The notes under the pieces: generated by a model
The model's input: the letters and a program-made list of their open reading frames with translations, nothing else
What the model was told of the DNA's origin: nothing
Database searches by the model: none
Source of the DNA: Gemmatimonadota bacterium
GTDB taxonomy: Bacteria; Gemmatimonadota; Gemmatimonadetes; Gemmatimonadales; GWC2-71-9
DNA: 21,369 bases
NCBI GenBank assembly: GCA_036679605.1
Contig: JAZDCZ010000015.1
Span: 1-21,369, forward strand
Reading direction: 5' to 3'
Translations under genes and position numbers: made by a program
Part shown: in pieces, positions 1 to 9,264 of the stretch
Numbering within the stretch: the stretch's first letter is position 1
Layout: each line of letters starts with the position of its first letter

Positions 1-111
1 GAATCGCAATGGGGGAAAGGGGGCGCTGTGCGCCGATGACGCCGATGAACACTTCAGCCGATCAGAACTCACCAAGCAGACCAGAAAACTCGGAGTCATG
101 AAATATGCGGG

Positions 112-2748
112 CTACCGCGAGGTTGCCGGGGTTCTCTTAAGCTTGCCCGGGTGGGTGAGCCAAGAGTAACCGCCAGGGATTTTTCTAATCAGGGAATGGG
201 GGTAGGAGTCCTGGGGGTTGGCGCGCAGAGCCGCTTGGCACACTTTCCGCATGGGCTCCACCTCTCCCGTGCGAAACAACTCGATGAACCCCTGTCTGAG
301 GATGCGCGAGGCTTTGACGTATTTGCCGGGGAGGTCAGGCGGGTCTTCAGCAATGTCCTCATCCTTGCGGAGGGCGCTGTGGAGGAGCTGGAGGTTCTCG
401 AAGGCGTAGGCAGGAGTGGCGTGAGGTTCGAACCTCTTGTAGTTGATGAACTCGAGAACGGGATGGTCCCAGGTGTTCTTCTCGGCATTCTTCACAACGG
501 ATTTCAGGCGCGGTCCGTCGCTTACGCGGGAGGCCAGCAGAAACATGGGATGCTCGACATAGAAGCCAGCCATGTCCTCCCGCGCAGCGCCGATGGCGAA
601 TCGGGAGGGCCACGCACTGGGGTCGGCGCCGACGGGCTGCTTGGATCCGATCAGAACGATGAGGTCGGGGACGAAGTGATAGGCGGCTACTTCGGGGAAG
701 ACATCACAGAAGGAGCGCACGGTGGCCCGAAAAGCGCGCGGATGAGAAGCGTATGACAGCCATTCTATCAACACGCCGTCGGCGGCGAGGCGGTCGAGGC
801 AATAGCGGTGGAATTCCTCGGAGAGGATGGCGGCATTGCCGGAGAATTTCGGGTTCTGCTTGCCGTCGGCAATGATGATGTCATAGACGGTGTCGGTGGT
901 GAGCAAGAAGTGGACCGCGTCGTCCACGTGGATTGCGACGCGGGGATCGTTCAGGGCGGCGAATTCGTCGAAGAACCGCGCTGCGCTGAGCACCTCGGGA
1001 ACGATCTCGACACAGTCTAGCAACTCGAGGTCGGGGTAATCGGCCAGGATGGCGAGTGTGGTTCCCGAACCGAGGCCGATGTTCAAGGTGCGGCGGGCGT
1101 CGGGGACCAGCAGCATGGGAAAGTGCGCGAGAAGTTTCTGTTTATAGCCCAGGCTGTTGTCGGTTCGGCCCCCGCCGATGAGGTACCCGTCGATGGTTAT
1201 TGCCAGGTAATCATCGCGGAGATGGTGGACGACTTCGACGGTAGCAACGTCGCCCTCCTTTAGAAACAGTTGTTCGTAGGAATCTCCGTCCCGCAGTTCA
1301 CCACGGAACGGGATCTGGGAGGGCAGGGCCAGTCCCAGAATGACGACGCCGGCGAAGGGGAGGGCCACCGCGAAGAAACGGCGCAATGACCAATGACCCA
1401 GATGAAGCACCACGGCCAATCCGAGCACCAGATTGAGTCCGGCCACGAGTTTGGTGGCTCCGGCGGTGCCAAAGGCCGGCAAAAGGAAGACCGAACCGGC
1501 GATCACGCCCGTGACGCTGCCGATGTTGGCAAGCAGATAGGCCGTCCCCACCCCGCGCCCGAGCCGCCTGACGTCCTCCACGTAGAGCCGGCTGGCCAGG
1601 GGAAAAGACAACCCCATGGCCACGGTGGGAGGCAAGAGCAGGACGATCGACACGATCCCGGCAAGGAAGAGTCTCGACGGCCACGAGACGCTCTGGACTC
1701 GCAGGGAATAGATGCTGACATGCTCGGCGAACCAACCCTGGTTGAGCAAAAGGGCTTCGAGCCCTACCGCGCCCATAGCGAGTAGCGCGATGGCGAGTTG
1801 GCACATGCCCAAGTCGTGCTCCGGATGGCGGCGTTGGATTACTCTTCGAAATAACACGCCGCCTATCCCCAGGCCGGTGAGAAAGACCACCAGGACCATG
1901 GAGATGGCATAGGTGCTGTTGCCTACAATGTACTTCAGGGCCCGAAGCCAGAATACCTCATAGGCCATGGTGGCGAACCCGGAACCGATCAGAACTGCCC
2001 CGACCAGAGAGCGGGGCAGCCGGGATTCTAGGGCGGTTTTCTCTGTGGAGGGGATCTCGTCAAGGGTCGTCTCCTTGACACGCCTCCACAGCCACACGGC
2101 CGTCAAGGCGACCCCGATGTTGCAGGCGTTGGCGACCCATGTGCTCGCGCGGTTGCCTACGGCTTCGATGAGCACGAAGCCGGCGGTGATGGCTCCCGCC
2201 GCCGCGCCCAAGGTGTTCAGGCCGTAGATCATTCCCAGATGGCGCCCGACCCCCTTGGTGGACCGAATCAAGGCGGTGCATAGGGCCGGAAAGGTCGCCC
2301 CCATGAGGGCGGAGGGGAGCAGCAGCAGAACAAAGACCAAGACGAAACGGAAAACAGGCAGGAGCCAAGACGTACCGCCTAGGGTCCGATGGACCTGGGC
2401 ATACACGTGCGGGAGAGAGTATAGGGTAAGCGTGATTGCCGCCGTCGTCAGGGCGATGCCGAACTCCAGCAGGGCGTAGAGCCTGAAAGCATGTCGGGCC
2501 CGCCGGAATAGCGGATCATAGAGACGCGCCCCAATGCCCATGCCGGCCATGAAACTACCGATAACCGCGCCCGCCGCCAGCGTGGTGCTGCCGAGGGAGA
2601 GAGAGATCATCTTTACCCAGGTCACTTGGTAGATCAGAGCAGCAGCACCAGAGAGAAACGCAAGCGCGTAGGTGGTGTTGGCGATCTGTTGTTCGGAGCG
2701 CGCGGAGGCCTCGGAGAGACCTCCGGTTTTGATGCCCGCTTCTGTCAT
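112..2748 (-). CDS. Fused MFS-like membrane domain / spermidine-synthase-like SAM-dependent transferase (878 aa)
   Basis: The N-terminal ~480 aa are multi-pass hydrophobic with an internal duplication (LSGAAALIYQVTWVKMISLSLGSTT vs GSGFATMAYEVFWLRALKYIVGNST). The C-terminal domain has class I SAM-binding motifs LNIGLGSGTT, DCVEIVPEV, DDAVHFL and YDIIIAD. It lacks the canonical SpeE GGGDG motif, so no symbol is given. Confidence 0.9.
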   Translation of the reverse strand: MTEAGIKTGGLSEASARSEQQIANTTYALAFLSGAAALIYQVTWVKMISLSLGSTTLAAGAVIGSFMAGMGIGARLYDPLFRRARHAFRLYALLEFGIALTTAAITLTLYSLPHVYAQVHRTLGGTSWLLPVFRFVLVFVLLLLPSALMGATFPALCTALIRSTKGVGRHLGMIYGLNTLGAAAGAITAGFVLIEAVGNRASTWVANACNIGVALTAVWLWRRVKETTLDEIPSTEKTALESRLPRSLVGAVLIGSGFATMAYEVFWLRALKYIVGNSTYAISMVLVVFLTGLGIGGVLFRRVIQRRHPEHDLGMCQLAIALLAMGAVGLEALLLNQGWFAEHVSIYSLRVQSVSWPSRLFLAGIVSIVLLLPPTVAMGLSFPLASRLYVEDVRRLGRGVGTAYLLANIGSVTGVIAGSVFLLPAFGTAGATKLVAGLNLVLGLAVVLHLGHWSLRRFFAVALPFAGVVILGLALPSQIPFRGELRDGDSYEQLFLKEGDVATVEVVHHLRDDYLAITIDGYLIGGGRTDNSLGYKQKLLAHFPMLLVPDARRTLNIGLGSGTTLAILADYPDLELLDCVEIVPEVLSAARFFDEFAALNDPRVAIHVDDAVHFLLTTDTVYDIIIADGKQNPKFSGNAAILSEEFHRYCLDRLAADGVLIEWLSYASHPRAFRATVRSFCDVFPEVAAYHFVPDLIVLIGSKQPVGADPSAWPSRFAIGAAREDMAGFYVEHPMFLLASRVSDGPRLKSVVKNAEKNTWDHPVLEFINYKRFEPHATPAYAFENLQLLHSALRKDEDIAEDPPDLPGKYVKASRILRQGFIELFRTGEVEPMRKVCQAALRANPQDSYPHSLIRKIPGGYSWLTHPGKLKRTPATSR

Positions 2749-3004
2749 GTGTTAGCTGATAACGGATCGTCGGCGGAATGACAAGACGGCGGATCCTATC
2801 GGCTGCCGTCTTCGTCGGGAGGTCATGGTGCCGGCCCTGCTAGCGAGGTCCGCACTGTCATAGGAGGTGACAACCGGGTGCGCGGCGTGTTTACCAAGGC
2901 GAGTGGCTGGCCCAGGAAGGAAGACCCCGCGCTGGCGCTTGAGGCCCTGAACCTCAACGCCGAGACCATCATGCACACTTCTTGGTGGGTTCCCGCCGCC
3001 GCCC

Positions 3005-3487
3005 CTACTTGCGCCGTTGCTGATGAGGGTGTTGCGTTTTCAGGGAACCGCTCTCACGGTCGCGGCGCTCCTCCAGCGCCATCTCGATGTCCTCGACGGG
3101 TGACAGCTGCGGCGCACCCGTCACTTTGTAGGCGAGCCATGTCAGGCTGAACTTTTGCGGGAAAGCCATCGGCAGTGGATAGCACGCGTCGGGGATCTCG
3201 GGATGCTGCATTTGCCAATCGGTGCGCAACTGTGGGTACTCCGCGAGGAACTGCCGGACGGTGGCGTCGAACTCGGCTGGGATGGCCTGGAGTTGGTTGA
3301 TTACGATCTCGACCTGGTTCCACGTCACGAAGTGGGCGTTGGCTGCGGCGAACGGGCGGGCGTGCTTCTGCAGCGCGTGGCGGGCCTTCTTCTCGATCTG
3401 CTGGAACTTCTTACTGGTCTTGTCCGGATCGAGCAGATCCTTGGTGCCGAAGCTGGCGATGGCGCGGGCGTTAATCCGGTCGGACGT
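3005..3487 (-). pseudogene. Internal fragment of a DUF3150-like gene (mobile-element associated), truncated at both ends
   Basis: The frame of the 3005-3328 ORF stays open upstream without a start: TSDRINARAIASFGTKDLLDPDKTSKKFQQIEKKARHALQKHARPFAAANAHFVTWNQVEIVINQLQAIPAEFDATVRQFLAEYPQLRTDW. This matches my recollection of the DUF3150 pattern (ASxGxKxxxDP ... F...K.A ... L..I..EF....FL..Y....W). Third positions are GC-rich and coding-like until about 3052. Confidence 0.7.
3426..3487. repeat. Copy 1 of a 62-bp imperfect direct repeat (partner at 11350-11411)
   Basis: Manual alignment gives 52/62 identical with no gaps, including an exact 20-bp core ttggtgccgaagctggcgat. Confidence 0.95.
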
Positions 3488-3609
3488 TTGGGCCTCTCGC
3501 TCTCAACGCGTGTCGTCAAAGGATGATTGAGGGCGGCCTTACGAGGGGAATGATCAATAACCACATCGGGCGAGCGAGACGCTTCTTCAAGTGGGCCGCC
3601 GTGAGAGAG
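3487..3609 (+). pseudogene. Internal fragment of a planctomycete-type tyrosine recombinase/integrase (core-binding region)
   Basis: Frame +1 reads FGPLALNACRQRMIEGGLTRGMINNHIGRARRFFKWAAVRE, closely resembling the 'FGPLALKAVRQxMIxxGLxRxxINxxIGRIxRxFKWA' segment I recognise from planctomycete site-specific integrases. No N-terminus or catalytic domain is present, and it is not in the ORF track. Confidence 0.75.
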
Positions 3610-3953
3610 TCCGGGAAGCCTCGGGCACGGGGAGAAAGTCCCACAAGTGGTAGGCGCAACGGGGGGGGAGGCTGTATAATGGCGGAAGCATGATCGGGCG
3701 GCATGGCCGGGCAAGGTCATATCGGACGTGGGTTTTCAGAAACTGTGCGCGTCCGCGCCAGATTCGTCTGCCGCGCGCATATACTACGGTAGGGGCGTGG
3801 GTTGACGCCACCGTCCATCCCACGGGGACTCGGGCCACGCGTGTACCTGCCCACGTTGTGACCGCTATGCGCAGAGGGAATCAGACCGTCGCTGCGGTGG
3901 GCCGTTGCGAAGGTTGGAACCGACCGTTCAAGTGGACCAAAGGAGGAGAATCG

Positions 3954-5996
3954 ATGCGCTCAACATATCGAATCGCCGCTCTGACATTGGGTTTAGTAAT
4001 CGCGCACGGTTTCCATGGCGCGTCGGCCCACGCGCAGACGGGGGCGTGCTGTCTGGGGCAGGGGCAATGCGCGGAGACGGACGCCACAACCTGTGCGAAC
4101 TCGAGCGGTGTTTATGGCGGAAACGGGTCGCAATGCCCGACCGAGTTCACCGTGACCGCCCATCTGGGCAGCGGACCCACGGACCTCTATCTCCGGCCGG
4201 CCGTGGATTGTGCCAACGTCGGCACGACCGGTCCGGACTGCGTCGCCGACCCACTGGTCGATGGATGGATGACCGTGCCGCTGGGATTCGGCGAGGACAC
4301 CTGCCATCAATTCGGAGGGTTTCTCGAATCGCCGCCCATACCGGCTGACTTCTTCGAACCGGGCTCGGATCCGTTCAACGGGCAGGTGTGCTTCCTCGGC
4401 CAGCCCTTGGGCAACACGCAGTTCGGCGACTACGGCGAGGCCGACACGCTCATACTGCGCTCGGACGATCCATTCGACCGCTGCGATGCGCCTTTCGGCC
4501 CACCGGCCCAGATCGAAATCGAAATCGTCGCGCTGCAGCTAGTGAGCTCCCAACCGATCACGGTCATGGTCAGTGGGAACCCGACGCAATGGGACGTGGT
4601 GATGGATATCTCCACGCTGGGATCACCTCCGGGTCAGCTCACGGCCACAAAAACCCATTGCAACGGTGGTACTTATTCTTCGTTCCTGCCAATTCAGCCG
4701 CGGTTTGCGTTTACCAAGGTGGCCGGCACCGGTGTACCTATCGGTTCGTCTAGCGCTCTCGATACGGGCCTGGAAGGCATCCCGTCCACGTCCCTCAACG
4801 ACAACGGCAGCCCCTGGGTACACGATCTTGATGAGGGCCTGTCTACCGAACCTGATCCTCCGATATGCACGGAGTTCCATCCGGGCATCGAGGATCCTGA
4901 TCCACCGGCGAATTGTCCAGACAGCCAGGTTGCAGACACCCTGCACTTGCTGAGCCCGTCGACGGAGTTGTGGCTCGATTCCGCCTTGGTCTGCCTTAAC
5001 GCGCCCACCTCCGGTTTCGATTGCATTCCAGGCCCACTGATCGACGCCTGGGAGACGGCGCCTCCGGGAACCGGCCAGGACACTTGCCACACGTTCGGGG
5101 TGGGGATGGAATCGCCGCCCATACCGGCCGACTTCTTCGAACCTGGTTCCGACCCCTTCACCGATCAGGTGTGTCTGGTGGGCGAGCCGCTGGGCTCCAC
5201 GGGTTTCGGAACCTACGAAGTCGCCGACACGCTTGTGCAGCGCAGCGCCGACCCCTTTGATCGATGCGAATTGCCCGGCCCAACCCAGAACACCGTGGAC
5301 ATCGAGATCGTGGAGCTCAACCTCCGGAGCATCGAACCGATCACCGTGCAAGTTAGCGGCAGCCCGACGTTTTGGGATGTCACCATGGACCTGTCCACGG
5401 TTGCGGCGCCTTTGGGTACGTTGGGGGCGACCAAGACCCATTGCAATGGCGGTACGTACTCCGCGCTCCTCCCCGTGCAGCCGCGGTTCACGTTTACTAA
5501 GGTGGCCGGCCCCGGTATACCTATCGGTTCGTTTGGCGTGCTCGATACGGGCTTGGAAGGTACCCCGCCGGTACAACTCGCCGGACAAGGCAATCCTCCC
5601 TGGGTGACGGATGCCGACCCGCTTTTGCGTCTGGAAGCTCCCTTCTGCACGGACTTCCATCCGGGGATCGAAGATCCCGCAGCGCCGACCGACTGTGACT
5701 GCAATTCCAACGCCGTGTCCGACAGCTGCGACATCGAGGAAGGCACGAGCAAGGATTGCAATGACAACATCGCGCCGGACGAGTGTGAATCGATCAGCGG
5801 GGGAGATTTTGACGGTGACGGCGATGTGAACCTGAATGACTACATCTCGTTCGAGCAGTGCCTGGGTGGGCCCGACGCCCCGCCGGGTGGCTTGCCGGAA
5901 TGCGTAGGCCTTTGCCTGGACGCGTTCGACGAGGACAACGACACTGACATCGACCTGCACGACGGCGGTGCGTTCACGCGGAACTTCACGAATTGA
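3954..5996 (+). CDS. Secreted Cys-rich protein (680 aa): signal peptide, GACC motif, two tandem ~260-aa uncharacterised domains, DCNxN repeats, EF-hand/dockerin-like tail
   Basis: A strong RBS (AGGAGGAG, 3941-3948) precedes ATG 3954, which is preferred over 3690. The signal peptide ends ASAHA|Q, followed by GACCLGQGQC. The tail reads DCNSNAVSDSCD, GDFDGDGDVNLND and FDEDNDTDIDLHD. Confidence 0.88.
   Translation: MRSTYRIAALTLGLVIAHGFHGASAHAQTGACCLGQGQCAETDATTCANSSGVYGGNGSQCPTEFTVTAHLGSGPTDLYLRPAVDCANVGTTGPDCVADPLVDGWMTVPLGFGEDTCHQFGGFLESPPIPADFFEPGSDPFNGQVCFLGQPLGNTQFGDYGEADTLILRSDDPFDRCDAPFGPPAQIEIEIVALQLVSSQPITVMVSGNPTQWDVVMDISTLGSPPGQLTATKTHCNGGTYSSFLPIQPRFAFTKVAGTGVPIGSSSALDTGLEGIPSTSLNDNGSPWVHDLDEGLSTEPDPPICTEFHPGIEDPDPPANCPDSQVADTLHLLSPSTELWLDSALVCLNAPTSGFDCIPGPLIDAWETAPPGTGQDTCHTFGVGMESPPIPADFFEPGSDPFTDQVCLVGEPLGSTGFGTYEVADTLVQRSADPFDRCELPGPTQNTVDIEIVELNLRSIEPITVQVSGSPTFWDVTMDLSTVAAPLGTLGATKTHCNGGTYSALLPVQPRFTFTKVAGPGIPIGSFGVLDTGLEGTPPVQLAGQGNPPWVTDADPLLRLEAPFCTDFHPGIEDPAAPTDCDCNSNAVSDSCDIEEGTSKDCNDNIAPDECESISGGDFDGDGDVNLNDYISFEQCLGGPDAPPGGLPECVGLCLDAFDEDNDTDIDLHDGGAFTRNFTN
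4147..5687 (+). repeat. Intragenic tandem duplication, two units of ~780 bp
   Basis: ESPPIPADFFEPGSDPF occurs at 4326 and 5109 (offset 783). ATKTHCNGGTYS, QPRFxFTKVAG and CTxFHPGIEDP each occur twice (final offset 780). Boundaries are approximate. Confidence 0.9.
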
Positions 5997-6006
5997 CGGT
6001 GTTGAG

Positions 6007-6036
6007 GGGGCGGGCCGCGAAAACGTCGCCCGCCCC
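6007..6036 (+). terminator. GC-rich hairpin just after the 3954-5996 gene (possible terminator or stabiliser)
   Basis: ggggcgggc (6007-6015) pairs perfectly with gcccgcccc (6028-6036), 10 nt after the stop codon. There is no U-tract. Confidence 0.4.
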
Positions 6037-6427
6037 GAATGCCATCAGGTCAAGCCGCATCCACCCCGAGTTACGTCTCCGCGTCCGCGACGATTCGCTT
6101 GCAGAACGCGAACAAACAGGGCCGTCCGCTGCAATCCTGGGCGATCCGGGACAATGACCGGGCAGGGTAACGTCGTGGTGGTCATCACCCACACACAAAC
6201 CACTCAGAACACGCCCACCAACCCAACAGACTTGGAGTTACGGAATATGCCGGCTAGCCGCAAAGCGGCCTCCGCCGTTCTGCAAATCCTTGCATACGGC
6301 TGGCCCTGTGGTGCCGAACAACATATCTTATCCGCGGTTTTTGAAGAGAGCGCTAGAATTGCATGGCAGCGGGACGACGCTGCACGACAGAGCTGTCCAG
6401 GGGAACGCAGCACTCAGGAGGCCAACG

Positions 6428-8911
6428 ATGCGCCGATTGTTCACCAGCCTTGTAATCTTCGCATGTGTACCCTCGGTAGGTTGTAATTCTGCACCAAGCC
6501 CTGTTGCTGATAGGGCGTCAAGCTTGACGGGTAGCGCGCGCATCCGGGCAGTCGTGCCGCAGAACGCGAGTCTGCGTCGCATTGTCCCGGAAGATGTGGC
6601 GCAGATCTTCGCGGAGATCGAATGGGGCGGAACCGGAACGGGTGCGGTTGAGATGTTCGAAACCGCGCAGAACAGTTATGAAATCGTCGTGCTCAATCTG
6701 CCAGTCGGTGTACCGTGCGCGCTTTCGGTGGAAGCCTTCGACGCCCAGGGCAACCAGATCTACTCCGGCGAAGTTAGCGACCTGGTCCTTCTCGATAACG
6801 AGCTTCTCAACGTAACCGTCAATCTTACAGCGGCTGACAGCGGTATGGATGCGGGTTTGGGACCGCGCGTCGAGACCGTGTTTCGACCGCTTGAGCCCAT
6901 TCCGAAGGGGATGGTGATTGACCTGCGTTTTGTCCTCACTGATCCAGACGATAGTGAACTTGCCTACGCGTTGTCCTCATCAGGTGACGGGAGTTTCGAT
7001 GCACCGAACGGTACGGTCGTGCTCAGCAACGGAAGCGGTGTGTTGGCCGTGCGGTACACGACCCCCACTCAGGCGGGCCCCGCGGAGGTCACACTCATTC
7101 TCACCGATGCCGCAGGCTTGGTCGCCGAGTTCTCTTTCTTTGTCACACTGGTGGATGCGCCTGACACCACGATGCCCGGTGCGGTCCACGTCTTGTCGAA
7201 CTTTCCTCCGACCGTAAGAGCTGTACATGCACGGCACATGCCAGCCGACGGTGTAATCGAGTTGCTTGCGGACGCCACGGACGATGGCGGTGTCTCCGGG
7301 CTGACCTACGCTTGGGGATGGGACGGCAACCGATATGCGGTCGGCAACCCGATCAGTCATCCCGCTGGTGTGGGCACGATTGGCTGGACGCTGACCGTCA
7401 CCGATGCTCAGGGTGCCGCGACGACGCTGCGTTTCGATCTCGATACCTCGCCCACGGCGTTGGAGAAGCTCCCGCTCGGAAATCTGCCGCCCATGATCGA
7501 TGGCGCCTTCATGTCGCGCAGGGAGGCTTCGTTCGGTGAGATCGTGACGTGCCTGGTCTACGCTACGGACCCCGACGCAGACGAGCTCGGGGCGGAGTGG
7601 GAGACGAATCATGGCTCGATCAGTTCCACCGGCGTGGAGGCAACTGACCAGGGATACATCTTCCGCGCCGAATGGGGAGCGGCGGTCGACGCGGGTATCG
7701 CACAGGTCACCATCGCTGTTTCGGACGACGATTCCTCCACCGTGACCTACATCTTTGAAATCAATCAATCGATGGGCAGGGTCAACATCCACGCTGACGC
7801 GCGCACGCAGCAGGAAGCCTTCATCAACAGTTCAATAGATCTGGACGGCAGCGGCTCAGAGAGTGACGACGGCACGATTGAACGCTACCTTTGGGAACAG
7901 ATCAGCGGGCCAAGCTCCACCATCGTCTCGCCGGAATCCGAATCGACGGAGACCCTCCTGACTTCCGTCGGGACATACGTCTACCGGCTGACGGTTTGGA
8001 ACGTGAACAACAGCGACTCGGTTACGGTCGAGGTACTGGTGATCGATCCGACGCAGTTCAGCTATGCAGATGCCGCCATCGATGATACCGGCGTCATCTA
8101 CTTCCTCGACACCACGACGGACCGCGTGCGGCGCTACGACACGATTGCGGAGACGTTCTTGCCTTCGTTCTCAACGGGGCAGGGCTTGTACCGGTTTGCC
8201 GCGGCACCCGAGGGCGATGCGGTCTACGTGGGCTACCAGGGTGGCCGGATGGATGTCATCGACGCTGTCACGGGAGAGATGAGCTTTTTTGCCGCGGGTC
8301 CGAGTACCATCCTGCGCATGGCGGTGGTTGGGGACTATATCTTCACGATCGACGCGTCCGGGGCTTGGGAGACACACTCACTCTACTCACGGGCGACCGG
8401 GACACGGACGTTCGCGGACGACTGGCGAAATATCTCCAACGGCGTTGCCTACGCCCCGTCCATCGCCCGCCTCTTTACGTTCCGCGATGGTACTTCGCCC
8501 AACGATATCATCCGCACCGACGTGAATCAGAATGACGGTACGCTCGGTGCGGACATCGATTCTCCGTACCACGGCGACTATTCGTTCATCCATCCCATGC
8601 GGCTGTTTCCAGACGAAACCCGCATCGCCGTGGCCAGTGGGGTGTTCTTTGACACGAGCGACCTGACCTATGCAGGTAGCATTGGGATGGGTTACAAGGA
8701 TCTGCGCTTTTTGGGCAATCGAGCGTACGTGATCAAGGCCATCGGTGGCAATACGGAGCTGACCGAGATGGACCTGATCTTCAACATCCTTGGCTCCACG
8801 ACGTACAGCGGAGCACCACGCAACCTGTTCGTCAGCGGGGAATCATTGTTCTTGGCCACGCAGGTGGCGGGGAGAATCGAAATACAGAAGGTCGTCTCCC
8901 CACCCGAGTAG
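6428..8911 (+). CDS. Predicted lipoprotein (827 aa) with several Ig/PKD-like domains and a C-terminal beta-propeller-like region
   Basis: RBS AGGAGG precedes ATG 6428, which is preferred over 6290. MRRLFTSLVIFACVPSVG|C is a lipobox-like signal. Ig/PKD-type motifs include ATDDGGVSGLTYAW, TLTVTDAQGA, LDGSGSESDDGTIERYLWEQISGP and GTYVYRLTV. The last ~290 aa have propeller-like short strands. Confidence 0.85.
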   Translation: MRRLFTSLVIFACVPSVGCNSAPSPVADRASSLTGSARIRAVVPQNASLRRIVPEDVAQIFAEIEWGGTGTGAVEMFETAQNSYEIVVLNLPVGVPCALSVEAFDAQGNQIYSGEVSDLVLLDNELLNVTVNLTAADSGMDAGLGPRVETVFRPLEPIPKGMVIDLRFVLTDPDDSELAYALSSSGDGSFDAPNGTVVLSNGSGVLAVRYTTPTQAGPAEVTLILTDAAGLVAEFSFFVTLVDAPDTTMPGAVHVLSNFPPTVRAVHARHMPADGVIELLADATDDGGVSGLTYAWGWDGNRYAVGNPISHPAGVGTIGWTLTVTDAQGAATTLRFDLDTSPTALEKLPLGNLPPMIDGAFMSRREASFGEIVTCLVYATDPDADELGAEWETNHGSISSTGVEATDQGYIFRAEWGAAVDAGIAQVTIAVSDDDSSTVTYIFEINQSMGRVNIHADARTQQEAFINSSIDLDGSGSESDDGTIERYLWEQISGPSSTIVSPESESTETLLTSVGTYVYRLTVWNVNNSDSVTVEVLVIDPTQFSYADAAIDDTGVIYFLDTTTDRVRRYDTIAETFLPSFSTGQGLYRFAAAPEGDAVYVGYQGGRMDVIDAVTGEMSFFAAGPSTILRMAVVGDYIFTIDASGAWETHSLYSRATGTRTFADDWRNISNGVAYAPSIARLFTFRDGTSPNDIIRTDVNQNDGTLGADIDSPYHGDYSFIHPMRLFPDETRIAVASGVFFDTSDLTYAGSIGMGYKDLRFLGNRAYVIKAIGGNTELTEMDLIFNILGSTTYSGAPRNLFVSGESLFLATQVAGRIEIQKVVSPPE

Positions 8912-9000
8912 GAGCGCCGGGACGCGCTGGTCGATCTGACGGGATAATTAGATCAGACTGCAAAGGGGACGGACAGGCAAAGGGACGCAGCTCTTTTTCT

Positions 9001-9264
9001 GGTTCTTCACGGATTAGCGGGGAGCCAATCCGGGGGCTGGCGGAACACCGCCAGAGGCTCTCGGGCATGATTCGCAGAGGGTTTCAGGTGCTCGATGTAT
9101 CACGAACTCAGCCGAAACTCGGGGCATCGCGGGAGTCTCTACTTACGCGAGAGCAAAGGGTCTTTTCTGGATGTAACTCAAACAAAGAACGGCATTTACG
9201 CGCAGCCGATCAGCTGATGCCGCCTCGACCTGTGGCTACCGTCCCCGGAAATCCGTGATGAACC
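9001..9264. mobile_element. 264-bp non-autonomous ISL3-family element (MITE)
   Basis: The terminal inverted repeats 9001-9023 (ggttcttcacggattagcgggga) and 9242-9264 (reverse complement ggttcatcacggatttccgggga) are 20/23 identical. A perfect 8-bp flanking duplication ctttttct lies at 8993-9000 and 9265-9272. GG-starting ends and 8-bp AT-rich duplications are ISL3 hallmarks. No transposase is encoded inside. Confidence 0.9.

Noticed and set aside
112..2748. Calling this gene speE
   Set aside because: It has GLGSG rather than the aminopropyltransferase GGGDG motif, so the activity is not established.
2783..2812. Hairpin aagacggcgg/ctgccgtctt with arms similar to the 20429-20464 hairpin
   Set aside because: The arms are in the opposite order and share only 7/8 bp. 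It has no U-tract or riboswitch consensus.
2878..3150. 90-aa ORF with GGAGG upstream
   Set aside because: It overlaps the DUF3150-like fragment in antisense and I cannot assign it. It may contain another small relic, but this is unsupported.
3508..3546. Apparent inverted similarity to 11281-11307 (cgacacg, tcaatc, aaggc)
   Set aside because: The match is gapped and short, and the region is explained as integrase coding sequence.
3690..3953. Upstream extensions of ORF-track starts (3690, 6290, 11246, 20030)
   Set aside because: Downstream ATGs have better RBSs, and for 3954 and 6428 they place the signal peptide at the N-terminus.
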